A DNA stretch of 64,000 nucleotides from Schizochytrium sp. TIO01. Taxonomy: Eukaryota; Protista; Bigyra: Labyrinthulomycetes. Shown here piece by piece: positions 12,690-24,563 of the stretch. Both the position numbers and the translations under genes were made by a program. The notes under the pieces are model-generated. The model worked only from the letters and a program-made list of their open reading frames with translations. It was not told the DNA's origin and did no database searches. Location: positions 4,814,862-4,878,861 of the forward strand of contig SMSO01000025.1 of assembly GCA_004764695.1 (NCBI GenBank), written 5' to 3'. Within the stretch, counting starts at the first letter, position 1. Every line of letters starts with the position of its first letter.

Positions 12690-15548
12690 TTACAAAGGAG
12701 CGAGCTGACGGGGAACATCACTTGCATGAATGCCGCTCAATGGGGGGATTCTTTGTCCTGAAGATGTAGGGCGTCGACCCTGTCGAGATTTACAACGGTC
12801 TCCATATGCTCCGCCCGCGTCTACATCAACGGGAAGGTCAGTCATTGTCCAATCGATTGGATTCGCCTGAATCTGCGCATCTTGATCTTGACGAGGTATC
12901 TCAGTAACTTTCCCTGCTCGGGATTTTGGACGTTGCCGCCGGCTATGAGATGTGCCTCGTCGCTCTATGTCATCATCTTCGTAATTTCCCTCAGATGCTG
13001 TTGAACCGACTTTGCGGCGATTGCGGCGTTGCTGCTGTTGTGGCGTTAAGTCCTGAACTGGAATACTATTCGCGCTGCTACTTCGAGGACTAATATCCTG
13101 GAGCAAATTTAAGTCATCCAAATCTGCATGTCCGTTCTCTCCTGCTTCGCCGAGGATGACTTCGCCGTCATCTCCGTCAAATCCATCTCTACTACCGCCA
13201 TGATGTTCATCTTTCAGCATTTTTCGTAGCCTGCGACGTTCGCGCTTTCTTTCTGCCTTACGCTCTGCAATATCGTCTTGATTTGTAACCTCACAGCCGT
13301 TAATAGGTGGCATTTCTATGCATGCACGCTGAAACTCCTGCTGGTCTCCATCACTATGACCTGCACTGTCTAATGACGGGCGTCTTCTTGTTGAAGATGC
13401 AGATGGCGTTTTTGATTTACTCTTTCGTCGACGATCGGGGGATTTCGGCAAACTTGAGCTATCTACTTCTAATCCACCTTCCAATTCAGAATCCTCGTCT
13501 CCCTCTTGCATCCCTTTCCTCTTAACGTCAGGTAACCGCAAGGGTTTCATACCTTTCCGCGGGCGTAGTTTGGGTAATTTCCACTCATTGGTTTCTTCAT
13601 TCCAGGTTGCAAGTTCCCATAATTTGGTCCGCTCTATCGCAGGCAAAAACATTTCTATAACTTGTTCTAAGCGTCTGATATCTCTCGTTTGCTCCCGGAT
13701 AGTCTCCAACAAACTTTCACGCTCGTCTTGGAACTCTTCTTCTAACTCCTGCATCTCCTGACGAACCTTTTCCATTTTGTGCGCCATTGTTTTCTTGAGA
13801 GCGCGTAGAGCCTTTTGCTTTGCCTCTGCTGTACCCTGCGCATTCTTAAACTCTTCTTCAATAAGTCGCTTCTCTTCTTCAGCTCGCTCTTTTGCTATAC
13901 GGAGCTCTGCCTCTTTGCGTTGCTGCTCTTTAAGCTTAAGCTGTGCTTTACGCAATTCGCGTTGTTTTCGCGCTTCTATAACCTTTTCTCGCCGAACCTC
14001 ATCTTGCTTAATGCTCTTATCTTGCCCGAGAACATGGCTTTCTAGTCGCCGTAACTTCCTCTCAAGACCTTCACGCTCTCGTCGCTGCATCTCAATCTCA
14101 ACTTCCTTTCGATCAAGCTCTTCTCCAAGGCGATTTCGCTGTTCTACTACTGCATCGCTGTAATCTTGCAAAGCGCGATTTTCTGCTTCCACAAGTTTAT
14201 CGGGGACGACCTTTTCAACAACCCTTTCTACCTCCACCACTTTTGTTGTTGTGACTACAGCAGGTTCTGAGGATGGTGCTGAGTTTGTTGCTGGGTATTC
14301 AAATTGAGGGACCGGGAAGTCCTGAATGCCACCACTCTCTGCACCAGAGCTAGCACTAAGAGTCCCTCCTTGTAATTGCAGTTCTAACATCTGCTTTAGA
14401 CGGTCGATCTCGTCTTTGTATTCTCTCAGCAATGTATCCTTGGGGTCTTCGTTAATAACTGGCTTGTTTTTTATATTTTTCGCTCGGTTGGCATATCGTA
14501 AAGTAGATAGAGTTTCTTCGTAGTTATAGTCTGCTGGACTAATTGCACTAATCATGACTGTCTTAGTATTACCACCAAGTGAGTCTTGTAATAAGCGTGT
14601 TAATTTCGAATCTCTGTAAGGAATGTGTCTACCCTTGCCGTCTACGAGTGCAGATATAACATTGCCTAGTGCTGAGAGGGATAAATTAATCTTGCATCCC
14701 TCCCGAAGACGATCGCCGCTTGCTCCAGTTTTACTTTGACGCTCACTACCTGCCAAATCAACGAGATTAAGCTTTCCTGCCCGAATGTGGTTGTTTCCGA
14801 GATTGTCCGTTTCGTTGACTTCAATAACGATACTGAAGATGGAGTGAGATCTTGAAGACACGCTATTCATGAGTGTTTCACCAACCGTTCTGTTATTGTT
14901 ACCTCGCGCAAGGACACTGTCGATTTGATCACGACTATCCACAACCTCGTACATCAAGTCTCTTACGTAGACACCCTTTTCTGGGGATTCTTTTAGTTCA
15001 AGCTTCTTTTTGGAATCTGAAGACATAAGATCTCGAATTTCCTCATTGTAAATCTCCAAATAGGAGGCCCGAACAAGAAATTCACATGTTTTCCCAGACT
15101 CTTCTTCTGAAGCCGCAGCATGCCGTAACTTAATTGTGTTGAAAATGTGTTCAAAGGAGTTAGGAATAATTCCCCGAAGCTTTCCCCGTTCATCCAAAGG
15201 GAGCGATTCTGGATCTGGGTCCTCCATACCAGACATGGTCCAGGTTTTTCCACAACCTGTTTGTCCGTACGCAAATATTGTTCCATTGAAACCATCTAAG
15301 ACGCTTTCTACTAACGGGAAGGCTGTTTCGTCGTATACCATGCGCTGTGTTGAGTCTTTATCATACACCGCATCAAAAGTGAAACCTTTTGTGCTTCCCT
15401 CTTGACGGGGATTTCTAAGTTCAACATACCCGGTTTCAGTATTCATAACAACAATTCCTTGCCTTTTCTCCTCAAGCTCTTTTCTATTTGGTGGCCTGCA
15501 CCGCACAACAACCTTGACACATTCTCGAGAACTATCAACCTCTGGCAT
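12690..15548 (-). CDS. KIF17: Kinesin-2 family motor (KIF17/OSM-3-like; KIF3B-like not excluded), intraflagellar-transport type
   Basis: Canonical motor: [73 protein letters not shown]; neck [14 protein letters not shown]; coiled-coil stalk; [11 protein letters not shown] motif; disordered tail. The subfamily symbol is less certain than the family call. Confidence 0.88.
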   Translation of the reverse strand: MPEVDSSRECVKVVVRCRPPNRKELEEKRQGIVVMNTETGYVELRNPRQEGSTKGFTFDAVYDKDSTQRMVYDETAFPLVESVLDGFNGTIFAYGQTGCGKTWTMSGMEDPDPESLPLDERGKLRGIIPNSFEHIFNTIKLRHAAASEEESGKTCEFLVRASYLEIYNEEIRDLMSSDSKKKLELKESPEKGVYVRDLMYEVVDSRDQIDSVLARGNNNRTVGETLMNSVSSRSHSIFSIVIEVNETDNLGNNHIRAGKLNLVDLAGSERQSKTGASGDRLREGCKINLSLSALGNVISALVDGKGRHIPYRDSKLTRLLQDSLGGNTKTVMISAISPADYNYEETLSTLRYANRAKNIKNKPVINEDPKDTLLREYKDEIDRLKQMLELQLQGGTLSASSGAESGGIQDFPVPQFEYPATNSAPSSEPAVVTTTKVVEVERVVEKVVPDKLVEAENRALQDYSDAVVEQRNRLGEELDRKEVEIEMQRREREGLERKLRRLESHVLGQDKSIKQDEVRREKVIEARKQRELRKAQLKLKEQQRKEAELRIAKERAEEEKRLIEEEFKNAQGTAEAKQKALRALKKTMAHKMEKVRQEMQELEEEFQDERESLLETIREQTRDIRRLEQVIEMFLPAIERTKLWELATWNEETNEWKLPKLRPRKGMKPLRLPDVKRKGMQEGDEDSELEGGLEVDSSSLPKSPDRRRKSKSKTPSASSTRRRPSLDSAGHSDGDQQEFQRACIEMPPINGCEVTNQDDIAERKAERKRERRRLRKMLKDEHHGGSRDGFDGDDGEVILGEAGENGHADLDDLNLLQDISPRSSSANSIPVQDLTPQQQQRRNRRKVGSTASEGNYEDDDIERRGTSHSRRQRPKSRAGKVTEIPRQDQDAQIQANPIDWTMTDLPVDVDAGGAYGDRCKSRQGRRPTSSGQRIPPLSGIHASDVPRQLAPL

Positions 15549-17016
15549 TTTATGCTAAATGTGTATCTTGTTGTTTCTTGGCTTGTGGCCACGACTAATG
15601 TTGTTGCTGATTATGGTGTGAAGAGTTTGCAAGCTAAGACTATATGAAATTGGTCTTCCTCTCTATTGTCTACACGAGCAAAATATATTGATGTCTGGTT
15701 TTTAGTGTCTCGTGAAAAGTTGAGATTGTGCACTCTCGGTCAGATTCAATTTGGGGCGCGTCAATCTCTATATCGTTGTCTACGGCAAATCCTCGGTGCT
15801 GTGGACGAGCGCGTGGCAGATGTGTGCGTCCCTCTGCACCGTATTGCCACGCGCTACGTCTCTAGCTGCTGTAATCCTTCTGTGCTGACCCCGGGGTAGT
15901 TGGCAGCAGCCAAGAAAATGATTGCTTTCAGCTATCTCTCCGGAGTTGAATGAGCCTAGCGAATAAACGCAAGCTCCGCTACCCTTGGAGCGTGTCACTA
16001 TTACTTCATTTCTTGCTATAACCCTGATTTGATTTGTTATGATTATTACTTAAGAAGGTTTGATAGAGGTTCTGTAATAGGAATATTCATTCTACAAAAG
16101 ACTAAGCTTGGTGCACGTCTAAGTTTTTACTCTTCCGCCGCGGACTTTGTCAAGGTGTCTACTGAGACTAAGAGCTCATTCCTCTTTGGAAGACGACTGT
16201 CTTCCAGTGCACACCGTCTAAGCAAGCGAATGTTCTCAACTACATACAAAGTATTTAAACATGACATGTGTAGAGAGAGATCACGGCTCTCCCTTCTTTA
16301 GCTCGATTTATTCAATTGTTTGTTTTGTTCTGGTTCATATTAATGTGAACGGATCTCTTGGGTTCCGTACAAGACCCTTTTGGCTCGCTCAATTTTCAAT
16401 CTTATTTGCCACAGGCTAGTAACCTGTATAACTCTACTGGGGAGATTGGAGCTACTTGCCAGGGTTACAGGAACCATGTCTCGATGCTTTTTGGCTCACA
16501 TCAACGATTAGAAACTCATATTTTTCTTCTGAAGTTCTTTTTTAAAGGAATTCCTTCACCTATTCTCAACTTCTGTCCTACTAGGTAAAGAGATATGCTT
16601 ATGCAGCCCTATATAGCTAGCTATTGGATGGCGTCCTATCCATCTCTTAGGCGTCCTAGTCGGTACCTGTCGAGTTCTTTTTCTTTCCTTAAATGTGAAT
16701 TACTCTTACTTATGATCGATGACTCCTAGAGTTATAGATATGCACATGCAACATAGCGATACTAGAACCTACCTACTGGTACCTACCTAGACTTCATTGA
16801 TTTTTGACATTACCGAGGCCCATATATTTTTATTATATTGTTTGTGTCTTTCATTCTCCTCCATTGGTGTCTTGTTCTTGTTCTTCATAATTCTGGGCTC
16901 TTTTCTGAAGCAAAGTCTCAAACACAAACTCGTGTCAGGGAGAGCGCGAGGCAAGCAGGCTAGTGTGTAGACAGGCAAATAAAGTTGGTCTGGAAGAGGC
17001 CGTAGAATCAGGCGTG

Positions 17017-18158
17017 ATGGTCTTCAGCATGAAGGAGGACTCCTCAACCCGTGCTTTGCTGTATTCTCTAGAGACGCTTTCAGGCCTTGGAGGTCTGTCT
17101 CCTTCTGGTCTGACTGCTCCTGAGGAGGAGGCACTCCGACAGCAAAAGCAGCAACAGTTGGCACAACGAATTGAGGCTGTCAAGAAAAAAGAGCACAGCA
17201 GCAACAGCAGAAGAAGAAGAAGAAGAACAAGGTGAAAGGGCAGCCGAGAAAGCGTGTTCCTGACATCTTGGAGGACTTCCCCACGCGCAGATTAGATGTT
17301 TTCCGCAGTCGTTGGCTTCCATGGCTCGATCGTGAAGAAGATGTGCAAGAACTTACTGGTTTGAGCCTGCGAGCCGTTGCTATTCGTATCCTCAATGAGT
17401 CTAATCCGCAACGCAAGGCAGCATTTACAATGACCGCTGCCAGGATGTTCCGCGATGGTTTGATCCCATTAGACGGGGACACCTCAGAACCTGTACCAGA
17501 TGAACCTGGTCGTGATGTAGAGACAGTTGACGTTCGCTCTGTTCCGAAGCGTGGCGGCGGAGGCACTCTTGAGAGCCGCATTAAAATGTGCCATGCGCAG
17601 GCCCACATTGAGTCGATCGCAGTTGACCTGATGTGGGATATGATTGCTCGCTTTGGTTTCGGGAGCTCAGATGTGGACTTCCCGCGTGAATTTTACGAGG
17701 ATTTTGCGGATGCCGCGGATGATGAAGCTCGTCACTTTCTCATGTGGTCCTCCCGACTTGAGGATATGGGTAGTCACTATGGAGCAATCCCAACTCACTC
17801 CGGCCTTTGGGACTCGGCCAGGGAAACGGCAGATAAGCCTGAGCATCGTCTTGTAATTGAACATATGGTCTTAGAGGCTCGTGGTTTGGACGTCGCGACG
17901 AATACCTATTCAAGATTTAATGATCGAGATGATCCTGAGTCGGCAGATTGTCTCGAGGCCATTTATTCCGAAGAGGTCTCCCATGTTGGTAAAGGAATTC
18001 GTTGGTTTCGTTTCATTGTGAATGGCGATGATGAAGCGTGCAATGAAGCTTTCAAAGATATTGTGAGCCGCAAATTCCATGGATACTTAAAACCCCCCTT
18101 TAATGACGAAGCTCGTCAACTGGCTGGTATGCCACAGGAATGGTATGCTATCAACTAG
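17017..18158 (+). CDS. DUF455 family ferritin-like (di-iron) protein; reading frame broken by an apparent 1-nt deletion in the A6 run at 17185-17190
   Basis: HIESIAVDLMWD, DDEARHF, YGAIPTHSGLW, HMVLEARGLD and IYSEEVSHVGKGIRWF are DUF455 motifs in ORF 17232..18158. That ORF has no ATG before the conserved N-terminal helix. Adding one A joins it to the upstream frame starting at ATG 17017 or 17029. Confidence 0.8.
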
Positions 18159-18513
18159 TTACTCCTAGAATAGCAATGTCAAGAGCAAAGGATCTTTCTT
18201 TAAAGAATATTATGTTCAATATATATATACACATATAGCGCTCTGTAGTCCCTCCAAGCAAAAACAGGCGCAGGATTTCCAAGGCAGGGTTACTCCTTGT
18301 CGTTAGAAAAGCTAGTAACTAAAGTAAGAAGTCTACTAATTTGAAAAAGAAAGGTATTTTACTGCGTTTGAATAAGATATTAAGAAGTTAAGGACTTAAT
18401 CATGGAATGGTCTGTTCTATCTATACTAGAAAAGGTGATATATATTCTAAGGAGATTGCTCTTCCTCTAATACGTCCAGTAGTAGTAAACATGAAGTTAC
18501 GTTTTTATTCAAT

Positions 18514-20700
18514 TTACTTAAGGTACTTCTCAAGGAATTGATAGCACAGAGTCCACATATAAGCTCGTTGAGCATTGGTTGAGGCGCCTCCATGACCACC
18601 TTCTACATTTTCATAGTGAAAAACATTAGGAATACCCATATCAATCATCTTTTTGGCCATCTTGCGGGAATGCGCAGGAGCGACGCGGTCATCACGAGTG
18701 GATGTTGTAAAGAGGACGGGTGGGTACTTTTTCGTCTTCTCAAGCTTATGATACGGCGAGTAGTTTTGCAAAAAATCCCATTCCTTGGTATCAGGGTCGC
18801 CATACTCTGCAATCCAGGAGGCACCAGCAAGAAGCTTAGTGTATCGTTTCATGTCAAGAAGTGGAACCATGCAAACCACCGCACCGAAAAGTTTGGGACT
18901 ACGGGTGAGCATGTTACCCATAAGAAGACCACCATTAGATCCGCCCATAATACCTAACTTTGCTGCAGTTGTTACCTTTCGGCGAACAAGATCCTGAGCG
19001 ATTGCTTCAAAGTCTTCATAGGCCTTGTTTCGATTCTCCTTGAGAGCTGCTTGGTGCCAGCTTGGGCCAAACTCGCCACCCCCACGAATGTTTGCGCAGA
19101 CGTAAACGTTGCCTCTTTCGAGCCAACACATACCGGTTGTAGCTTGGTATGCAGGAGTAAGTGATATTTCAAATCCACCGTAACCATAAAGAAGGGTAGG
19201 GCGCGGGGTAGCTTCGCCATCTTGCTTGAGGCCTACTTGAAAGTAAGGAACCATTGTACCATCCTTGGATTTGGCCTGGTATTGTTCCACAACAACACCA
19301 TCGGAATTGTAACGTGTAGGTTCCTGCTTCAAGGTCTTCGTAGGGGATTTACCAGTTGCGTCAACCAGGGACAAAGTGCACGGCAGCGTGTATCCTTCAG
19401 CAAGAGACCAGTACAAGTCAGACTCCTTGCCTTTAAGAGCCCAGGTGTGGATCATGTTGACACTGGGGGTAATTCCTGCACTACCTTCGGGCAGACGATC
19501 CTTCACCCAACTACTTGCTGCGGCATCATATCGCCACATTTCAAGGCGCGAGCGGACGCTGTCAAGCAAGTCGAGCAAAAGGCGTGACTTAAGCTTTGTG
19601 AAGCCAGAAAGAGCAACGCGCTCAGTGGGCTGAAATAAAGCTTGCAGCACGTCAGCTTTGACGTCCGCTTCATTCGCAAACGTAAGAAGCTTGGTCATAG
19701 GAGCGCTAAGCAGAGAACCTTTCTTAAAGCCTTTCCAGTCAGAACGTAACTCGATGAGAATCTGGTCTGCAAAGTAACTTGCATCAGCATCGTCAGGAAC
19801 AGGGATCTTAAACGCATTAGACGGTAACTTGAAATCACTGCCGTCCGGATTTTTGAGTCCCTTAATGCTATGGACGAAAACCTCGTTCGAGTAGAAGCCC
19901 ATGGCACGAGATGAAGCCTGAAACTCAACGCCTTGACGCTCTTTGACATACACGCCACGCACACTAACGTCCGAGACTTTGCCCTCATAAATCACTTTTG
20001 CATCCTCCAGAGAAGTCCCGCGGCGCCATTCCTTGACTATCCGAGGGTAACCAGAGCTTGTCATAGAGTCAGGGCCAAAATCAGTACCAATGATCAGGGT
20101 GTCACGATCTTTCCATGAGACACCCATCTTAGCGACGGGAATTTGGAAAGGCTGTTCCGTTTCCTGGATGAACTTCCGAGTTTTCAAGTTGAACTCACGT
20201 GCAGTCACCGCATCGCCACCACCTGGTGAAAGGTAGACCAACATCCGTTCTGGCTCAACATCTTCGCCTTCGTCCAGGACATCGTAGCCTTTCCAGACCC
20301 ACTTTTGGTCATCTTGCGCAGCTAGGGCATCAACATCAATAACTGTTTCCCATTTTGGTTCTTGCTTGGCGTACTCTTCGAGAGTGGTGCAACGCCAAAT
20401 TCCGCGTTCATGTTCGTCATCTTTCCAAAAGTTGTAGTACAGTTCTCCAATCTTGCCAACATAAGGGATTTTTTCCTTGGAATCCAGAATTTTCAGCAAA
20501 CGCTCGTACATCGCACCTTTACCATCCACAGGGAGCGCGGCATTCTGGGCATTAACCCAGTCAAGAGCCTCCTTCGAATCCACTTCCTCTAGCCATTGAA
20601 GCGGATCTCTTGCAAGACTCCGTGTGCGCAATAAACGCACGACTGTTGCAGCACCCGCCGCAAAGCCTGCAAGGGCAACCGTTTGTCTTGAGACAGACAT
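18514..20700 (-). CDS. Prolyl oligopeptidase (peptidase S9A family)
   Basis: DPLQWLEE N-terminal motif, beta-propeller region, LLYGYGGF, NIRGGGEFG; catalytic GGSNGG (Ser), DDRV (Asp) and GGHG (His). ATG at 20700. Confidence 0.95.
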   Translation of the reverse strand: MSVSRQTVALAGFAAGAATVVRLLRTRSLARDPLQWLEEVDSKEALDWVNAQNAALPVDGKGAMYERLLKILDSKEKIPYVGKIGELYYNFWKDDEHERGIWRCTTLEEYAKQEPKWETVIDVDALAAQDDQKWVWKGYDVLDEGEDVEPERMLVYLSPGGGDAVTAREFNLKTRKFIQETEQPFQIPVAKMGVSWKDRDTLIIGTDFGPDSMTSSGYPRIVKEWRRGTSLEDAKVIYEGKVSDVSVRGVYVKERQGVEFQASSRAMGFYSNEVFVHSIKGLKNPDGSDFKLPSNAFKIPVPDDADASYFADQILIELRSDWKGFKKGSLLSAPMTKLLTFANEADVKADVLQALFQPTERVALSGFTKLKSRLLLDLLDSVRSRLEMWRYDAAASSWVKDRLPEGSAGITPSVNMIHTWALKGKESDLYWSLAEGYTLPCTLSLVDATGKSPTKTLKQEPTRYNSDGVVVEQYQAKSKDGTMVPYFQVGLKQDGEATPRPTLLYGYGGFEISLTPAYQATTGMCWLERGNVYVCANIRGGGEFGPSWHQAALKENRNKAYEDFEAIAQDLVRRKVTTAAKLGIMGGSNGGLLMGNMLTRSPKLFGAVVCMVPLLDMKRYTKLLAGASWIAEYGDPDTKEWDFLQNYSPYHKLEKTKKYPPVLFTTSTRDDRVAPAHSRKMAKKMIDMGIPNVFHYENVEGGHGGASTNAQRAYMWTLCYQFLEKYLK

Positions 20701-22969
20701 CACGAAAGACGAACCGTTGCTTTACTTAGACGTCTGTAGTGGTTGACTATCACCGATCTGAAATTGCCAGGGTGCTCGCTTTCTCAGTTAGGATATGAGT
20801 CTGTTGCTGGGTGAACACCTATTAGAGGTCTGCGCTTGTGTCTCAGCGCAACAGCAACAGCAACAATCCTCTGGGAGTTGCAATTTAACTTTTAGAATTT
20901 TAAAGGTTAGTATGACCTACTGCTACTACTAGGTAGGTACTTTTGACTGTTGTCTCTAAGAACCATACCTCAGACTACTTGCTTGAGCTTTTACCCGTTA
21001 AAGGACTCCTAGAGCACCTATTCCTTTTTGGCTAGCAAGGTAGTCCCGCTACGAGTTCGATACCTGTTAAGCATGATGTGTGAAATCCAGAGTGGAAGCA
21101 GCGACTTCGCTCTCAAACAACTCTCCAAAATGTGATGATGGAAGACTCTAAATCATGAATTCCTAAGAGGGAATGCATAGTCAGTTTCCAGAATACTCTT
21201 TTCTTTTCTTGATTTCTGTTAATTTCTGCGACTCAGGACGAGTCGAATAATCGTAGAATATAGTACCACGTACAATTTTGTTAGCCAAGAACATAAGTTG
21301 GGAACTCTCCCACGGCGTCCTTACTATAGCATAAAACAGGTTTTTAACGTTTTATTAGACCTCGATGAGTTTGACCCTGTTGCTAAGAATATCATATTGT
21401 TTGCTCAAAGTTGTTATCGCTAATCCATCTTGTGCTGATTTGTTCCAGCTTCTATTTACATAGCTTATAATTGAGTTTGGCTTCATCAACTTGATACGTA
21501 TCAACTGAGGCTTCATGGATTTTATTATTTGAACCAGATTATACTCCCCGTTGCTTAAGGATCCGTCAGCGCCGTTGCTTCTTGAGAGAAAAATTCAAAG
21601 CTCCCCAAAGATTGCTACTGTAGATTGTAAGGATGTGCGGCCTGCGATTTCTACCACTGAGATAACTCTCCATATTTGATTCCGTTCTGAAGATAACCAC
21701 CATCTTGCGAAGATAGATGCCCATCCAGAATCAGGCGTCTTCCTCTCGCGAATTCACGGGAATAGTACCATCCAAAGGTTTTCTTTCTTGCCCGACATTG
21801 CCCAGAAATACGAGCAGAAGGTTGTTTTTTCAAATTAAAAGTGATAATAGTAATAACATTTTAATCAAATTGCGAGTTAGGCCTACCGCAAATGGTATTT
21901 TGAGCAATCCGCTTCAATTTAAGAAGTCAATCATTTCCACTCTCTCCGATTGCAAGCTCTCGATTGCTGCAGCTATCTTTAGAATATTTCTTCTTATTAG
22001 AAGTTGTCTGCGAGATGTGCTTTTTTCTTTCTTGTTCTTTTTAATTTGGGTGAGGACATCTAAAGATGCGGTGGCTATAGTCATAATACTTGTATAACAT
22101 GCTCAAAGTCATTCGCTTCTGTTAGAACTTCTGCTTCGATTACTGCCAATAGTCATAGTTATCCTCTAGTACTAGCAACTTGAACCTCCGACATAACTTT
22201 AAATAAAAATGGGCCGCCTTTGGTTATGTAGTGAGAGTGATTTTGTTTCGAAAAGATGTTTTCACTGTCTTCTTACCTTAGTAGATTGATGATAGAGTTT
22301 TTTGTTTTTTGTTTTTTGTTTTTTGTAGAGAACTTTTCAAGGACCCTATCACTGCAAATCATCACATTCATTCATTCACTCGTTCATTCATTCATACAAG
22401 AAGACGCTTAACTGCATAGTCCAACAAGCGCTTTGTACCTCCGATGGAGAGAGAATCTTCTACAAGTTTCATCAGTACTAGCTCTTTACTTCGACAAGAT
22501 TAGATGTGAAATCAACTTTGAAGAACCACATCCCACTACACGCATGCTTCTAGGCTACAAGGCCAGTTGCTCTCCTCTCCTGAATTGAACAGCCGTGTGC
22601 GTTGCCTGACTGATTTATGTGGTGAGGCAGTCTCTTCAATCAGCTCAGGACCAAATTCGGAACAGAAGAACTTAGTTGAGACGGTTTACCATGCAAAACC
22701 CTGCCTAGTATCTAGTAGGACACTCGTAACTACCTAGTTACTCATAGGAACTTAAGTAATAGTGCTTTGAAAAGAAGAACGAAATGGTATGAAAAGACAT
22801 GAAAAGGCATGTCTCGACGTGATCATCGCTGTCTCAAATCAAGTTGAGAGCACTCAAAGCACACGAGGAAGGCAAAGAGTTCGCTAGCTTGAGGAAGGGC
22901 AAGTGGTCGAGGCGAGGAAAAGCAAATAGACAACCACTCTTTGAAGAGAGCGCTCGATTCCTTCACACC

Positions 22970-23473
22970 ATGCCTGGCGAGGCTGTGGAGGGACCGCGTT
23001 TGGTGCAGCGGCAGGCTGGACCTAATACTTCGTCAGTGACAACAACGGAGAACAATGTGGTGTTGAGACTTCGCTTGCCGCTTCAGAGCGCCGAAGGAGC
23101 CCATGATTCTAACCCGAACCTGCAGGAGGAGGATGAGAAGCATGTTACCTGGGATGAAGATGTAGTCAACAACGAGCACATGAACAGAAAGAAGTCCAAC
23201 AAGTGCTGCATTTATCACAAACCTAAAGCATTTGACGAAAGCGATAGCGAGTCTGGTGGAGATAGCGATCATGAAGAAGATGAATTCCGAAAGCGCCACC
23301 CTCAATTCGCAGGCCGCAAGCCAGTCAGCGATCCGAACAAACCGAAACGTCGACACGGCCATTGCCATGGTCACTGCCATGGGGGGCATGATAGCCACAA
23401 AGAGGAGCAGGAGGGTGATGGAGATCACAATAATCACGGAAGTGGTGAAAACCCATCCGAGCATGGAGAGTGA
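22970..23473 (+). CDS. PPP1R11: Protein phosphatase 1 inhibitor-3 (Ypi1/PPP1R11)
   Basis: RVxF-type motif KHVTW followed by [21 protein letters not shown] and acidic DESDSES; first in-frame ATG at 22970 (167 aa). Confidence 0.92.
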   Translation: MPGEAVEGPRLVQRQAGPNTSSVTTTENNVVLRLRLPLQSAEGAHDSNPNLQEEDEKHVTWDEDVVNNEHMNRKKSNKCCIYHKPKAFDESDSESGGDSDHEEDEFRKRHPQFAGRKPVSDPNKPKRRHGHCHGHCHGGHDSHKEEQEGDGDHNNHGSGENPSEHGE

Positions 23474-24563
23474 AGCATGAGCATGAAGGAATGGTTATAA
23501 GATATAAGAGAGTTCGATCACAGACCCCTCGGAGATGTCGATATGTCGCTCAGCCATTTATCAACGCCGTGCTACGTACTACACCCTGTAAAGTTTAATG
23601 ATAATGTGGGCGATTAAATAATAAACAAAAATCTTTCACAAAGTAAATTTAAGTTTCAAAAGAGCAAGGTATGTGGCGTGTTTCGAATTCGGCAAGGCTA
23701 TGCAGCAAAATAGCTCATCAGACTGAAAGATATCTTGTTCTATGGTAAAATGAAATTACAGAATTTAATGCTGTGACAACGCACCTCTCGGAATGAAATT
23801 TTACAACAGTGCCCATGCTTCGAGTTTAACAAAACAATCGATATAACGAAAATTTAACTTGCTCCGTCTCGAAAAAAAAGAAAAAAAAAAAGAGGGTGAG
23901 TAAGATAACATAGATGATATAAAATGCTGGTATAGGTCATCCCATTCTAAAATAGATCAATGCCACACTAACGATTGCGTACCCTGTCTAATTTGAGACG
24001 TTTTATTTTCAGGACAGAGTGTAGCATTGAAAATTTGCTAAAGGGTATCGAAATGTAACACTGATAATTAATATATAACATGAGTAAGATGAGTCTAAAT
24101 GTTATTTTTCTTATTTTAAAGCCGAAGTAAGATGGAATCTAATTTGGTTCAAGCTCCAGATAAATGAAGACTCAGAGTTTAGTCTCAAGATTGAAAAGAT
24201 AAAGAGGCGATGTCGTGACCTAAAAGGTGCCCTAAAAGAATGAACCGAGCATGGAACTCCATACAGGTTGTATTGCTGCACTGCACTTATCTTAATGTAC
24301 AACCAATGGGCAGAAAAGTGGCTTGCCATGAGAAAGAATGATATTTTGAGGAAACATCTTTGACAAAGTCATAAACCTGTATGCATATAGGCATCGTGGC
24401 TGTAGAATATCGAAATACAGTCAGGAGGAGTAAGAGCATAATTGAAAATCTTAACGAGGTCTCAATTCTTTGTTCTTCGTCCTTGACTAGTTATAACTTG
24501 CGTGGAGTTCAAGGAAATTAAGCAGATGAGAGTGTATAAAAAGAAAGTGGAACAGGACCTTTT

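Noticed and set aside
21300-22100. Protein-like minus-strand fragments and a 126-aa plus-strand ORF
   Set aside because: Multiple stops and frame changes, no family recognised; cannot support a gene or pseudogene call.
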